DNA of 41,616 nt, taken from assembly GCA_003557825.1 (NCBI GenBank), contig PWNM01000210.1:1-41616 (forward strand), in the 5' to 3' direction. Below the pieces are notes generated by a model that was not told where the DNA came from, searched no databases, and was given only the letters and a program-made list of their open reading frames with translations. The DNA is from Candidatus Hydrogenedentota bacterium (lineage in GTDB: Bacteria > Hydrogenedentota > Hydrogenedentia > Hydrogenedentales > SLHB01). Numbering within the stretch: position 1 is the stretch's first letter; every line of letters begins with the position of its first letter. The translations under genes and the position numbers were made by a program. This document shows, in pieces, positions 17,196 through 26,036 of this stretch.

Positions 17196-19244
17196 TTATT
17201 CGCTTTCCGAAGGTTCCGGTGGCATGGTGTCGTGAAGGGCTTTTACGCTTTCCTGCGTGGGAGGTTCTGCGTAGCGGCGCTTGGCATAACGCCGATACCA
17301 TTCGGCAGCCTGTTTTCCCCATCCATCGAGATCAGGAGCACACTCAACACGTTTCGCGAATGAGTGGAGCGTCTCACTGGGCGCCCGTTTCAGATCATAT
17401 TGGACCAGTCGTTGGTCCATTGTTTCCAGATGCTGTCGATAGGCATCCCAGGGTGAATGGGTCACCGGCTCGAAATAACGGACAATACGAAACCGGAACT
17501 GCCACCAAACAACCACAACGATCAGGACAATGCCCAGGAACCAACCCGGCATGGTGGTGGTGAAAAACTGAATGATCAAGGCAGCACCGACGCTTACCGT
17601 GGCGATGAGCCCATCAGTAACGCTCTGACGAAACGCCTCCGCGATCTCCTCGAACTGGAACTTGACATAATCCCAAAAATAGGACAGACGGCTGACAGAC
17701 GCTGCCTGGGGTACGCCAGCGGGCGGCGTCGCCTCGACGACCACCCATCCATTTTTCGGATCAAACGCCTCGACCCATGCATGGGCGTCCCGGTTTCGAG
17801 CGATCCAGTAACGACCGTAGGGGCTCCCCTCGGTGACCAGAAACCCATTGACATAGCGCGTGGGAACACCGCCCAGGCGAAGCAAAATGGCCGCAGCCGA
17901 AGCGAAGAGTTCACAATGAGCCGGGAACTGCTCGAAGACAAAATGTGATAGAGGCTCTCCCTGAAACGGTAGCGTTACATCAAGGCTATATTCGTAATTG
18001 GTGGATAAAAATTCCTCGACAATACGGATCTTTTCATCCGTTGTCGTGGCATCCTCGAACAGCGCGTTTGCCAGCATCTCCAAACGCGGATCCATATGAG
18101 CCGGCACGGTCGTATTGAGTTCAAACTCGGCGTCGGTCAACGGTTCGGGACCAATGGACTCGCCAAGCACATTGAAATGATGGGGCGAAATATCCTCAAT
18201 CCGTGTTTGCACGACATCGTTTGTGTCCTGTTCAAGATACAGGGAATCCGTAATCATCCACGCCGTATTCAACCCCCCAAAAAGTACGCCGTCCACACGG
18301 GTTTGACTGCGTACTTCTTGGATGACGGCATCGTCTCCGAGCTGCAAATCTCGCACTGTAAAGGCTTCCCAATCTCGCGGAATTGAGGACACCACTTCGG
18401 GGACATCCTCTTCCGGCAAAAGCTGTTTACTCTCCCCCGTGGGATACCATATGCCTTGCCCATAGGTGGAGAAAGCAACTCCCCTTAGATAGTGCGGCGG
18501 CTGATCGGCGATTACGCGTAATGCAATCTTGTTACCCTCATATGAGCGGAACTCCGAAATGCTGTTCAGCGTGCCGTAGGTGCTAAAACCTACCGCTCGG
18601 ACCTCTGTGTTCCCCGCCCATGCAGAGAACCACCGGTCGATATGGGTGCCAAATTGTGATACGAGGACATTGACCCCTGTGCCAACCCCCAAGACCATCA
18701 CGAGGACCAGAGTCAACACGACGCCACGTATCCATCGCCCTCCCGCGAGGCGAACAGATGGCCGTAGCTGGCATTGGTTGAAGTACAGGGCAGTTGCTAG
18801 CACATACACCAACGAAACAAGCTGATACAGTATCAGCTGGCGATATGTTCCAGGTATGTTTCCGGCGCAGACCAGTGCAATGATGCCAAAAAGGGGCAAC
18901 ATAGGCGTGAGCGATGTCCGTCTATCGGAACCCACCGCCACAAAGTACGCTGCCACCTGGAGCATTACAAAATACTGGGCGCATGCATAGGCAAGACCAA
19001 AGAGCCGACCGTATTCGTGTGTGAGACTGGCTGTTTCAACCCACCATCGCAACAGGACCAAAAGAGCAAACAGCAAACTGAACAAAATCGCCCGTTCTTG
19101 TCGAATGGAGTAAGGCCGACGGACGAAAATGCCCACGGTGGCGAGGGCGACGCAGGTTACTGGAAACCATACCGATCCGGCCATCAACCACATCACCAAC
19201 CCCTGTAAGGCCAAAAGTATGACGCCTAGACCCCGCAACATCAT
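17196..19244 (-). CDS. Transglutaminase-like membrane protein (TgpA-like: N-terminal multi-TM, TGase core, C-terminal TM/tail)
   Basis: 682 aa. The first ~200 aa contain several TM helices. The core reads AHCELFASAAAILLRLGGVPTRYVNGF ... DAHAWVEAF ... GWVVVEATP, giving a Cys-His-acid triad context. A further TM helix lies near the C-terminus. The start overlaps the DUF58 stop by 4 nt. Confidence 0.85.
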   Translation of the reverse strand: MMLRGLGVILLALQGLVMWLMAGSVWFPVTCVALATVGIFVRRPYSIRQERAILFSLLFALLVLLRWWVETASLTHEYGRLFGLAYACAQYFVMLQVAAYFVAVGSDRRTSLTPMLPLFGIIALVCAGNIPGTYRQLILYQLVSLVYVLATALYFNQCQLRPSVRLAGGRWIRGVVLTLVLVMVLGVGTGVNVLVSQFGTHIDRWFSAWAGNTEVRAVGFSTYGTLNSISEFRSYEGNKIALRVIADQPPHYLRGVAFSTYGQGIWYPTGESKQLLPEEDVPEVVSSIPRDWEAFTVRDLQLGDDAVIQEVRSQTRVDGVLFGGLNTAWMITDSLYLEQDTNDVVQTRIEDISPHHFNVLGESIGPEPLTDAEFELNTTVPAHMDPRLEMLANALFEDATTTDEKIRIVEEFLSTNYEYSLDVTLPFQGEPLSHFVFEQFPAHCELFASAAAILLRLGGVPTRYVNGFLVTEGSPYGRYWIARNRDAHAWVEAFDPKNGWVVVEATPPAGVPQAASVSRLSYFWDYVKFQFEEIAEAFRQSVTDGLIATVSVGAALIIQFFTTTMPGWFLGIVLIVVVVWWQFRFRIVRYFEPVTHSPWDAYRQHLETMDQRLVQYDLKRAPSETLHSFAKRVECAPDLDGWGKQAAEWYRRYAKRRYAEPPTQESVKALHDTMPPEPSESE

Positions 19245-20548
19245 AGGACGTCAATGCCCCCTTGACGGACGGATTCCGTGGTAAGCACAACACATGAATC
19301 CGACCATTCCTCCACATCGGCTGGAACCGTGGACTCATCCTCGACAATCAGGATGATCTTTACGCTGCACCCGGCCTCAATCGCTGTCTGGATGAGCGCT
19401 CGACGATGGACGTCCCAATCCAGCATTACACATATAAGGGTTGAGATATTGCCCAGTTCCTCTGCGATAGCCGGGGTAAGCACATGAAACGGGTTGGTTT
19501 GACACGGTTCCACGCACGCCAGGATATCGAGTACGTTTTCCGTATGGGCGATATGGCGACCTGCGCGGAAGTGATGCAACTCAGGTCCCGCTGCGAAAAT
19601 ATCGATGATATATTCACTCCGCCCAAGGGCATCGGCAATAGCGGCGGACATGCTGATCGCTGCTTCGAGCGGCGTTTCATCATAGACCTGTTCGGGGCGG
19701 TCTTTGATGACTTTACTAAGTCGGCTTCGAAACGAGGGACGACGGGGGACGCTTAGATAGGTGTCCAGTACCAAGGCCACGCGACAGTAGTACTCCTCAT
19801 GGAACTCGCGCACCACCGGCGCAGCCAAGCGAGCCCAGGCCTTAAAATCGATGCGCCGGAACGAGTCGCCGGGGCGGTAATCGCGGTTGCCGATGTATTC
19901 GGGAGATTCCCCCACATTCGAGGTCAGCGCAATCCCTCCGGGCTGATACCGGCGGGACACCGGCACGTCGATTGCTTCCAAGGGTTCGAACGCGGGAAGC
20001 ACCAATAAGGCGCTCACATGCTGCCCATGGGAGCCCGACCGCAAAAATCCGAAAGGAAATGAACTGTATGCCCGAATGGGCGGCAACGGATAGATACCGC
20101 GCCGGCCAGGCTCGACTGTGATGCTGAGAGGGATGGAATCGCCCGGTTGCAGCACACGTACCACTTTGCCAAAGTCTAGTTCCCAAATGCGTGGCGGCAT
20201 GCCGAAGAAAGCCAATCCGACATCATAGGCCGGGAGGCGAGACCGATTCGTCAGAGTGAATGTCCCATGAGCTTGTTGCCCCATGCTGATACGGTCGGGC
20301 AACGCGCCGTTTACAACCAGCTTGGGTCGATGAACGAGATTGGCGAAAAACGCCACCACGCCCAACAGCAAAAGCACAAAAAAAAGCTGATAGACGGGAA
20401 CCTGGATCGAAGCCGAACCGATGGCCCCCGCGACACAACCGCCCAGCGCCAATGCCTTGCCCGTGCGGGTGAGCTTAAAAAACCATAAATACCGTCCAAA
20501 TCGACGCAGGTCATGGAGGCGCTTGCGTCTTGCCGTTCCCATTTTCAC
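19241..20548 (-). CDS. DUF58 domain protein (MoxR-associated, vWA-related)
   Basis: 435 aa with two N-terminal TM helices and the DUF58 signature RDYRPGDSFRRIDFKAWAR. It lies 13 nt downstream of the MoxR gene. Confidence 0.85.
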   Translation of the reverse strand: MKMGTARRKRLHDLRRFGRYLWFFKLTRTGKALALGGCVAGAIGSASIQVPVYQLFFVLLLLGVVAFFANLVHRPKLVVNGALPDRISMGQQAHGTFTLTNRSRLPAYDVGLAFFGMPPRIWELDFGKVVRVLQPGDSIPLSITVEPGRRGIYPLPPIRAYSSFPFGFLRSGSHGQHVSALLVLPAFEPLEAIDVPVSRRYQPGGIALTSNVGESPEYIGNRDYRPGDSFRRIDFKAWARLAAPVVREFHEEYYCRVALVLDTYLSVPRRPSFRSRLSKVIKDRPEQVYDETPLEAAISMSAAIADALGRSEYIIDIFAAGPELHHFRAGRHIAHTENVLDILACVEPCQTNPFHVLTPAIAEELGNISTLICVMLDWDVHRRALIQTAIEAGCSVKIILIVEDESTVPADVEEWSDSCVVLTTESVRQGGIDVL

Positions 20549-20561
20549 TATGAATCACCAT

Positions 20562-21512
20562 TTATGTAGGTACGCGGGTCTCGTTGACGATCTGTTCGAT
20601 CACCTGGTTCTTGGTCACGCCGGCATAGCGCGCCTTGGGCGTCAGAACGAGCCGATGAGCAAGCACTTGCGTCGCTAAACGCTGTACATCATCGGGGAGG
20701 ACATAATCGCGGCCGGCGCAATAGGCAGCCGCCTGACTCGCCCGGAACAACATAAGCGAACCGCGGGGGCTTACGCCCAGTTTAAGGTCACTCGCACGTC
20801 GGGTCTGGCCTATAATGTCTACGATGTATCGCGAAACATCATCATCGATCCGTACGTTTCGGGCCTCTCTTTGCATGTTCAACACGGTTTCCGTACTAAC
20901 GACCGGTTCGAGGGTGTCCAACGGGTGGGATTCGCGTTGGGAATGGAAAATACTGATTTCGGTATCCGGTTCGGGATACCCGATATCAAACTGGATAAGA
21001 AACCGGTCCAATTGCGCTTCGGGCAAGGGATAGGTACCGTGATACTCGACAGGATTCTCCGTTGCCAACACCATGAAGGGGGCCTCAAGCGGGCGGCGCA
21101 TCCCTTCGATGGTCGCCTGCATTTCGCCCATGGCTTCGAGCAGGGCGGACTGCGTTCGCGGCGAAGCGCGGTTGATTTCGTCCGCCAGCAATACGTTACA
21201 GAAGATAGGTCCCGGATGGAACGTGAACGAACCGCTAACGGGGTTGTAGATCGATGATCCTAGAATGTCTGCAGGAAGTAAATCAGGAGTGAACTGGATT
21301 CGACTAAACTTCGCATCGATGGACTGGGCCAATGCCTTCGCCAACGTGGTCTTCCCCACGCCTGGCATGTCCTCCATAAGCACTGAGCCGCCGGCGACCA
21401 AAGCCACAACGAGCACGTCGATAGCCTCGGACTTGCCAAGGATAACCCGGCCCAAGTTTTCTTCTAATGCTTTGATCTCGGTGCGATAGCCCGACATGGT
21501 ATTGACGCTCAT
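20562..21512 (-). CDS. MoxR-family AAA+ ATPase
   Basis: Walker A MPGVGKTTLAKA, Walker B LLADEINRASP, and the MoxR-typical PLPEAQLDRF. ATG 21512 is preferred as the start because GGGAGAAG lies upstream. A minus-strand extended -10-like TGGCATAAT (21554-21562) would exclude the longer ORF start at 21548. Confidence 0.9.
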   Translation of the reverse strand: MSVNTMSGYRTEIKALEENLGRVILGKSEAIDVLVVALVAGGSVLMEDMPGVGKTTLAKALAQSIDAKFSRIQFTPDLLPADILGSSIYNPVSGSFTFHPGPIFCNVLLADEINRASPRTQSALLEAMGEMQATIEGMRRPLEAPFMVLATENPVEYHGTYPLPEAQLDRFLIQFDIGYPEPDTEISIFHSQRESHPLDTLEPVVSTETVLNMQREARNVRIDDDVSRYIVDIIGQTRRASDLKLGVSPRGSLMLFRASQAAAYCAGRDYVLPDDVQRLATQVLAHRLVLTPKARYAGVTKNQVIEQIVNETRVPT

Positions 21513-21585
21513 TCCATCTTCTCCCGAAAGTGGTTTGAATGGACACAACGGTCATTATGCCACAAAAAGGTTCCGGACAGCGCAG

Positions 21586-22470
21586 CTATTTGGAGGGTGG
21601 CACGCTCAGACTTGAAAGCAAGGCTGTATTCATGGCCTCTCGTGGAGCCGGCACATCGAACCACCGTTCGAATTGAAGGACGGCCTGGTTCAACAGCATC
21701 TCGGTTCCGTGGATCACCGTACACCCCCGTGTCAGGGCATCTTCCAGTAAACGAGTCGTATAGGGGCGGTATACCATGTCGAATACGATATGGTCCGAAC
21801 GGATAAACTCAGCCGGAACGCATGTCGCATCGGGGTGAGGATGCATGCCAATGGGTGTCCCTTGGATGATGATATCGTGTTCGGCCATGGCAGATTCGAT
21901 GTCATGAACGAGTTCGCCGCCGGCGACGGAAGCATCGGTTCGCTCGCGCAAGTCGGATACCAGTTCCTCAACGTGCTTGGGTGTGCGGCCCAGAATAGTG
22001 AGCTGGGCTGCATCGGTTAGCTCGGCGAAAGCGAAGACCACCGCCCGCACGGCCCCGCCGGAACCTGTAAAAAGTACCCGTTTCCCTTCGAGTGATATCC
22101 CAGCATCGTCGAAAGCACGGATCGTACCGGGACCATCGGTCGTGGAGCCGATAAGACAACCGTCCTCGCGGGTAATGGTGTTAACGCTGCCTACATGCAA
22201 TGCCATGGGCTCGATGGAATCCAAGTATTCCATCACAGCACGCTTATGCGGGATGGTAACACTCATGCCCCGGAATGACGGGATCGCCCGCATGCCGCCG
22301 AGGCATCCGGCCACATCGGTTATATGAAAGGCCAGATAAACTGCGTTCATTCCGATCGCGCGATAGGCGGCATTGTGCATAGCCGGCGAAAGGGAATGCT
22401 CGATAGGATTACCGATAACGGCACAGAGCTCCGTATGCGTGTCAATAAGCGGTAAGGTTTTCGTGTTCAT
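21586..22470 (-). CDS. aroE: Shikimate dehydrogenase
   Basis: The start is moved to ATG 22470 (MNTKTLPL..), 6 nt after the HIT stop. Motifs: GNPIEHSLSPAMHNAAY substrate motif and GSGGAVRAV dinucleotide fold. Confidence 0.9.
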   Translation of the reverse strand: MNTKTLPLIDTHTELCAVIGNPIEHSLSPAMHNAAYRAIGMNAVYLAFHITDVAGCLGGMRAIPSFRGMSVTIPHKRAVMEYLDSIEPMALHVGSVNTITREDGCLIGSTTDGPGTIRAFDDAGISLEGKRVLFTGSGGAVRAVVFAFAELTDAAQLTILGRTPKHVEELVSDLRERTDASVAGGELVHDIESAMAEHDIIIQGTPIGMHPHPDATCVPAEFIRSDHIVFDMVYRPYTTRLLEDALTRGCTVIHGTEMLLNQAVLQFERWFDVPAPREAMNTALLSSLSVPPSK

Positions 22471-22478
22471 GTTCCTCG

Positions 22479-22826
22479 TCATCCTGGGGGCCATTGTAGT
22501 GGCCGGCCGCCCAGAATATGCAGGTGGAGATGAAAGACGGTCTGTCCGCCCCATTCACCGCAATTGATGACGAAGCGGAACCCCTTCTCGGTCAATCCTT
22601 CTTGCTCGGCTATCCGATTCGCTGCAAGCAACAATCTCCCGAGAAGCGGAGCATCTTCTTCGGTCGCATCGGTTATCTTCGGTATGGGTTTGCGCGGGAT
22701 CACCAACACGTGGGTCGGCGCACCGGGATTGATGTCGCGAAAGGCATAAAATTCCTCATCGGAGTAGACCTCCGTTGACGGGATCTCGCCCGACAGAATC
22801 TTGCCAAAAACGGTTTCCTCGGCCAT
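22479..22826 (-). CDS. HIT (histidine triad) family nucleotide hydrolase
   Basis: The start is at ATG 22826, after AGGAGG (MAEETVFGKILSGEIPS). The histidine triad HLHLHILGG is present. Confidence 0.9.
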   Translation of the reverse strand: MAEETVFGKILSGEIPSTEVYSDEEFYAFRDINPGAPTHVLVIPRKPIPKITDATEEDAPLLGRLLLAANRIAEQEGLTEKGFRFVINCGEWGGQTVFHLHLHILGGRPLQWPPG

Positions 22827-23007
22827 GGTACCCTCCTGATTGCTTTGTTGTAGAGAAACCATATCGAATTACAAGGGGTGTGCGCAATGCGGACTGGTTC
22901 AATGCATCGGGTTGTGAAGCAAAACGTTCTACCAAGTTGATCGAACCCTGGGTGCCGGGGTAGGCTGTGAGCGCTGTTGGGAACCGCTGAAGGGGAGAAA
23001 CCTATCG

Positions 23008-24072
23008 ATGAGTACACGTGAGTTGTTTAATGCCATCATGCATTATGAAACTTTTGACCGAATGCCGGTCATACACTGGAACGGATGGCCGGAGACCACC
23101 GAGCGTTGGTATGGCGAGGGGTTGCCCCGCGATATGGACCAATGCGATTTTTTTAATGCTCACCCGTTGCCTCCCATGCTCCCCGTTGATCTCAATCTTT
23201 TCCCGCTCTTTGAGGAAAAAGTTATCGAGGAAACCGATGAGCATCGCCTTGTCCGACAAAACGACGGCGTCACAGCGGTGCATTATAAGAATCAATCGGC
23301 GATTCCTCACCATACCGATTTTCTGTTCAAGGACCGCTCCGGTTGGGAGGAGTACAAAAAGCGCCTCCAACCGGATCCACGGCGCATTCCCGAGAATTTC
23401 GATGCCATCGTTGCCGAATGGCAACAACGGGATCTGCTCTTGGGAATGTGGATGGGCAGTATGGTGGGATTTACCCGGAATTGGATGGGCGTGGAGAATT
23501 TCTGCGTGGCATGCTGTGAGGATCCGACGCTCATCGCCGAGGTGGCCGATGTTTTCTCCGATTTGGTGTGTTGGGCCATGGATCAGGTATTGCCCCGGGT
23601 AACCATCGACATCGGCTGGGGATGGGAAGATATCTGCTTCCGAACCGGGCCCCTCGTGCCGCCGAATGTATTCAAAGACGCGGCGGTTCCCGCTTATAGA
23701 AAAATTGCCGACAAACTAAATTCATACGGTGTGGACCTATACGCCGTAGATTGCGATGGGTACATTGACGACTTGGTTCCGTTATGGCTCGAAGGTGGCG
23801 TGAATGTCATGTTCCCCGTCGAGATCGGAGCCTGGCACGCCGATCCCATGGCATTCCGCCGACAATATGGCAAGGAATTACGTGTTTTTGGCGGAATCGA
23901 CAAACTGGCCCTTGAAAGAGGCCGGAAAGCCATTGACGCCGAAATCGAACGGCGCATTCCCTTAATGAAAGAAGGCGGATTTGTACCGTTGCCGGACCAT
24001 CTGATTACGCCGGATACGCCGTTGGATGATTACCGATATTATCTCGACCGAATTCGTGAGCTTCGATTCTGA
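23008..24072 (+). CDS. Uroporphyrinogen decarboxylase (URO-D) family protein of unknown substrate
   Basis: 354 aa. The overall pattern is recalled as the non-HemE URO-D/methyltransferase-like TIM-barrel family: N-terminal RELFNAIMHYETFDRMPV and C-terminal GGFVPLPDHLITPDTPLDDY. The call is from memory and is not verified. Confidence 0.55.
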   Translation: MSTRELFNAIMHYETFDRMPVIHWNGWPETTERWYGEGLPRDMDQCDFFNAHPLPPMLPVDLNLFPLFEEKVIEETDEHRLVRQNDGVTAVHYKNQSAIPHHTDFLFKDRSGWEEYKKRLQPDPRRIPENFDAIVAEWQQRDLLLGMWMGSMVGFTRNWMGVENFCVACCEDPTLIAEVADVFSDLVCWAMDQVLPRVTIDIGWGWEDICFRTGPLVPPNVFKDAAVPAYRKIADKLNSYGVDLYAVDCDGYIDDLVPLWLEGGVNVMFPVEIGAWHADPMAFRRQYGKELRVFGGIDKLALERGRKAIDAEIERRIPLMKEGGFVPLPDHLITPDTPLDDYRYYLDRIRELRF

Positions 24073-24094
24073 AGCTGTTAGGCGGGTAAAATGT

Positions 24095-24122
24095 TTGCAT
24101 CGGGCGCATGATTGACTATAAT
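24095..24122 (+). promoter_or_regulatory. Sigma70-type promoter candidate (TTGCAT-N16-TATAAT) upstream of the TIM-barrel/oxidoreductase operon
   Basis: -35 TTGCAT at 24095-24100, a 16-nt spacer, and a perfect -10 TATAAT at 24117-24122, about 48 nt upstream of ATG 24170. Confidence 0.45.
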
Positions 24123-24169
24123 GCCCAGACACGAATGCAAAAAATGCAGCAGCGGGAGGCAGTGTTCCC

Positions 24170-24997
24170 ATGAACCCTGGAATCAACCAATGGGCGTTTC
24201 CGCCGGATATGACGGCGGCGCAAGCCATTTCGATGGCGGCCGATCTCGGCTTTACCGCATTCGAAGTCTGCGTAGGCGAGGATGGTCCTGTGCGGCTGGA
24301 TGCGGCAGAACCGGAATTACTTGAAATACGGAACCATGCCGAACAGAGTGGCGTACTCCTGCACAGCATCGGCTGCGGGTTGGGCTGGTCGCGTAGGCTT
24401 TCGGCAGCCGATCCCGGCGAACGGGATCACGCCGTCTCGGTCCATGAGCGAAGCCTCGAGATCGCCCACACTTTGGGAGCCAAGGCGTTGCTGGTGGTTC
24501 CTGGCGTTGTCGACGCCGACTCTTCATACGAAACTACCCTTGAGCATAGCCGCGAAAGCATCAAGCGGTTGATTCCCAAGGCGGAACGCTTGGGCGTATC
24601 ACTTGCACTTGAGAATGTATGGAATAAGTTCCTGTTGAGTCCCACTGAAATGCGTGATTATATCGACAGTTTTGGTAGTGAGGCGGTAGGGGCGTATTTT
24701 GATGTGGGCAATATTGTGCTCTACGGATTCCCCGAGCAATGGCTACGAATCTTGGACCAACGGGTTCACGCCGTACACATGAAGGATTTCCGCGCAGCCG
24801 TGGGAAACTTTGGCGGATTTGTGATGCTGATGGAAGGCGACGTGAACTGGCCCGCTGTAATGGATGCGCTCCATGCCATCGGATATAAGGGACCGTTAAC
24901 TGCTGAATACGGGGCCTATCCCCATTCGCTTGAAACGATGCTGCGGCATGTCCATTCGAGCTTAACGACGATAATCGCATTGGGAGGCAAGGCATGA
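24170..24997 (+). CDS. Sugar phosphate isomerase/epimerase (xylose isomerase-like TIM barrel)
   Basis: 275 aa. Family-typical metal-ligand contexts: LALENVWN, YFDVGN and HMKD. GGGAGG RBS. The stop overlaps the next start (ATGA at 24994-24997). Confidence 0.85.
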   Translation: MNPGINQWAFPPDMTAAQAISMAADLGFTAFEVCVGEDGPVRLDAAEPELLEIRNHAEQSGVLLHSIGCGLGWSRRLSAADPGERDHAVSVHERSLEIAHTLGAKALLVVPGVVDADSSYETTLEHSRESIKRLIPKAERLGVSLALENVWNKFLLSPTEMRDYIDSFGSEAVGAYFDVGNIVLYGFPEQWLRILDQRVHAVHMKDFRAAVGNFGGFVMLMEGDVNWPAVMDALHAIGYKGPLTAEYGAYPHSLETMLRHVHSSLTTIIALGGKA

Positions 24998-25965
24998 AGG
25001 TCGCACTTATTGGTAGTGGCGGCATCGGGGCGGTCCACGCTCAGATGGCGACGAATTGCGGATTGACGATCGCAGCATGTGGCGATACGATTGAGGAAAA
25101 GGCTAACGCCTTGGCGCAACGTTTTGGAACGGAAGCAACCACCGATTGCGAAGCGCTGATACAACGAGACGATATCGACATTGTGGCCGTTGCCACGCCT
25201 ACTCCGACCCATGCCCATTATGTAATCAAAGCCGCTCAAGCAGGCAAAGCGATTTTCTGCGAAAAGCCGTTTTGTCGGACCCTTGAGCAATGCGAGGCAG
25301 CTCTCGAAGCGGTGGAAACGGCGGGGGTGAAGCTATTTATTGCCCATGTGGTCCGATACTTCCACGAGTTCGAGGCGCTTAAAGCGCAAATCGAAGCGGG
25401 ACAGGTCGGTAAGCCGGGATTCGTCAAATGCTACCGGGGCGGCATTTACCCGATGGGGGAGAACGGGTGGTTTCGTGACTATGCGCAAAGCGGCGGCGTG
25501 ACGCTCGACAGTTCGGTCCATGATTTTGACTGGGTCCGATATGTCTTTGGCGACCCTGAACGGGTCTATTGCCAGGCGTTGCAGCGTCCCGAACCTTTAG
25601 ATTATGCCCTGACCACGTTTCGAATGAAGAGCGGTATCATCGCCCATGTCATCGGTACCTGGGCGCACCCGACGGGTTTTCGCGTAAAAGTCGAGGTGTG
25701 CGGCGACAACGGCATGGTCACCTTTGATAGCAATGAGGCCCCGCTCGAGGTTATGAAGCGCGCCACAGAAGGAAGCGGACCAAGCATGATTGTGCCCGGC
25801 AGTCCGGTGGCGGTCAGCCCCTATCAACGTGAATGGGAAGATTTTATCGCCTGGTTGCGCAAGGAACGCCCTCCTCGAGTCACGCCTGAAGACGGAGCCT
25901 GGTCGCTTCGGATGGCATTGGGCGCGTTGGAATCAGCGGCTTCGGGCGAGCCGGTTACATTTTGA
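24994..25965 (+). CDS. Gfo/Idh/MocA family oxidoreductase
   Basis: 323 aa with MKVALIGSGGIGAVHA (GxGxxG) and the FCEKP motif. Confidence 0.85.
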   Translation: MKVALIGSGGIGAVHAQMATNCGLTIAACGDTIEEKANALAQRFGTEATTDCEALIQRDDIDIVAVATPTPTHAHYVIKAAQAGKAIFCEKPFCRTLEQCEAALEAVETAGVKLFIAHVVRYFHEFEALKAQIEAGQVGKPGFVKCYRGGIYPMGENGWFRDYAQSGGVTLDSSVHDFDWVRYVFGDPERVYCQALQRPEPLDYALTTFRMKSGIIAHVIGTWAHPTGFRVKVEVCGDNGMVTFDSNEAPLEVMKRATEGSGPSMIVPGSPVAVSPYQREWEDFIAWLRKERPPRVTPEDGAWSLRMALGALESAASGEPVTF

Positions 25966-26036
25966 ACACTGCGGGGATAAGGAAGTTCAAACAAAGGTAA
26001 TATGGCCGTCAGGACGGCCTAGAGGAGGAATGGGAT

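Noticed and set aside
26004-26019. The stem-loop GGCCGTC-AG-GACGGCC after the second oxidoreductase gene was considered as a terminator.
   Set aside because: It has no U-tract and lies 10 nt before the RBS of the next gene in a tightly spaced co-directional array. It is more likely an intercistronic stabilising structure, or nothing.
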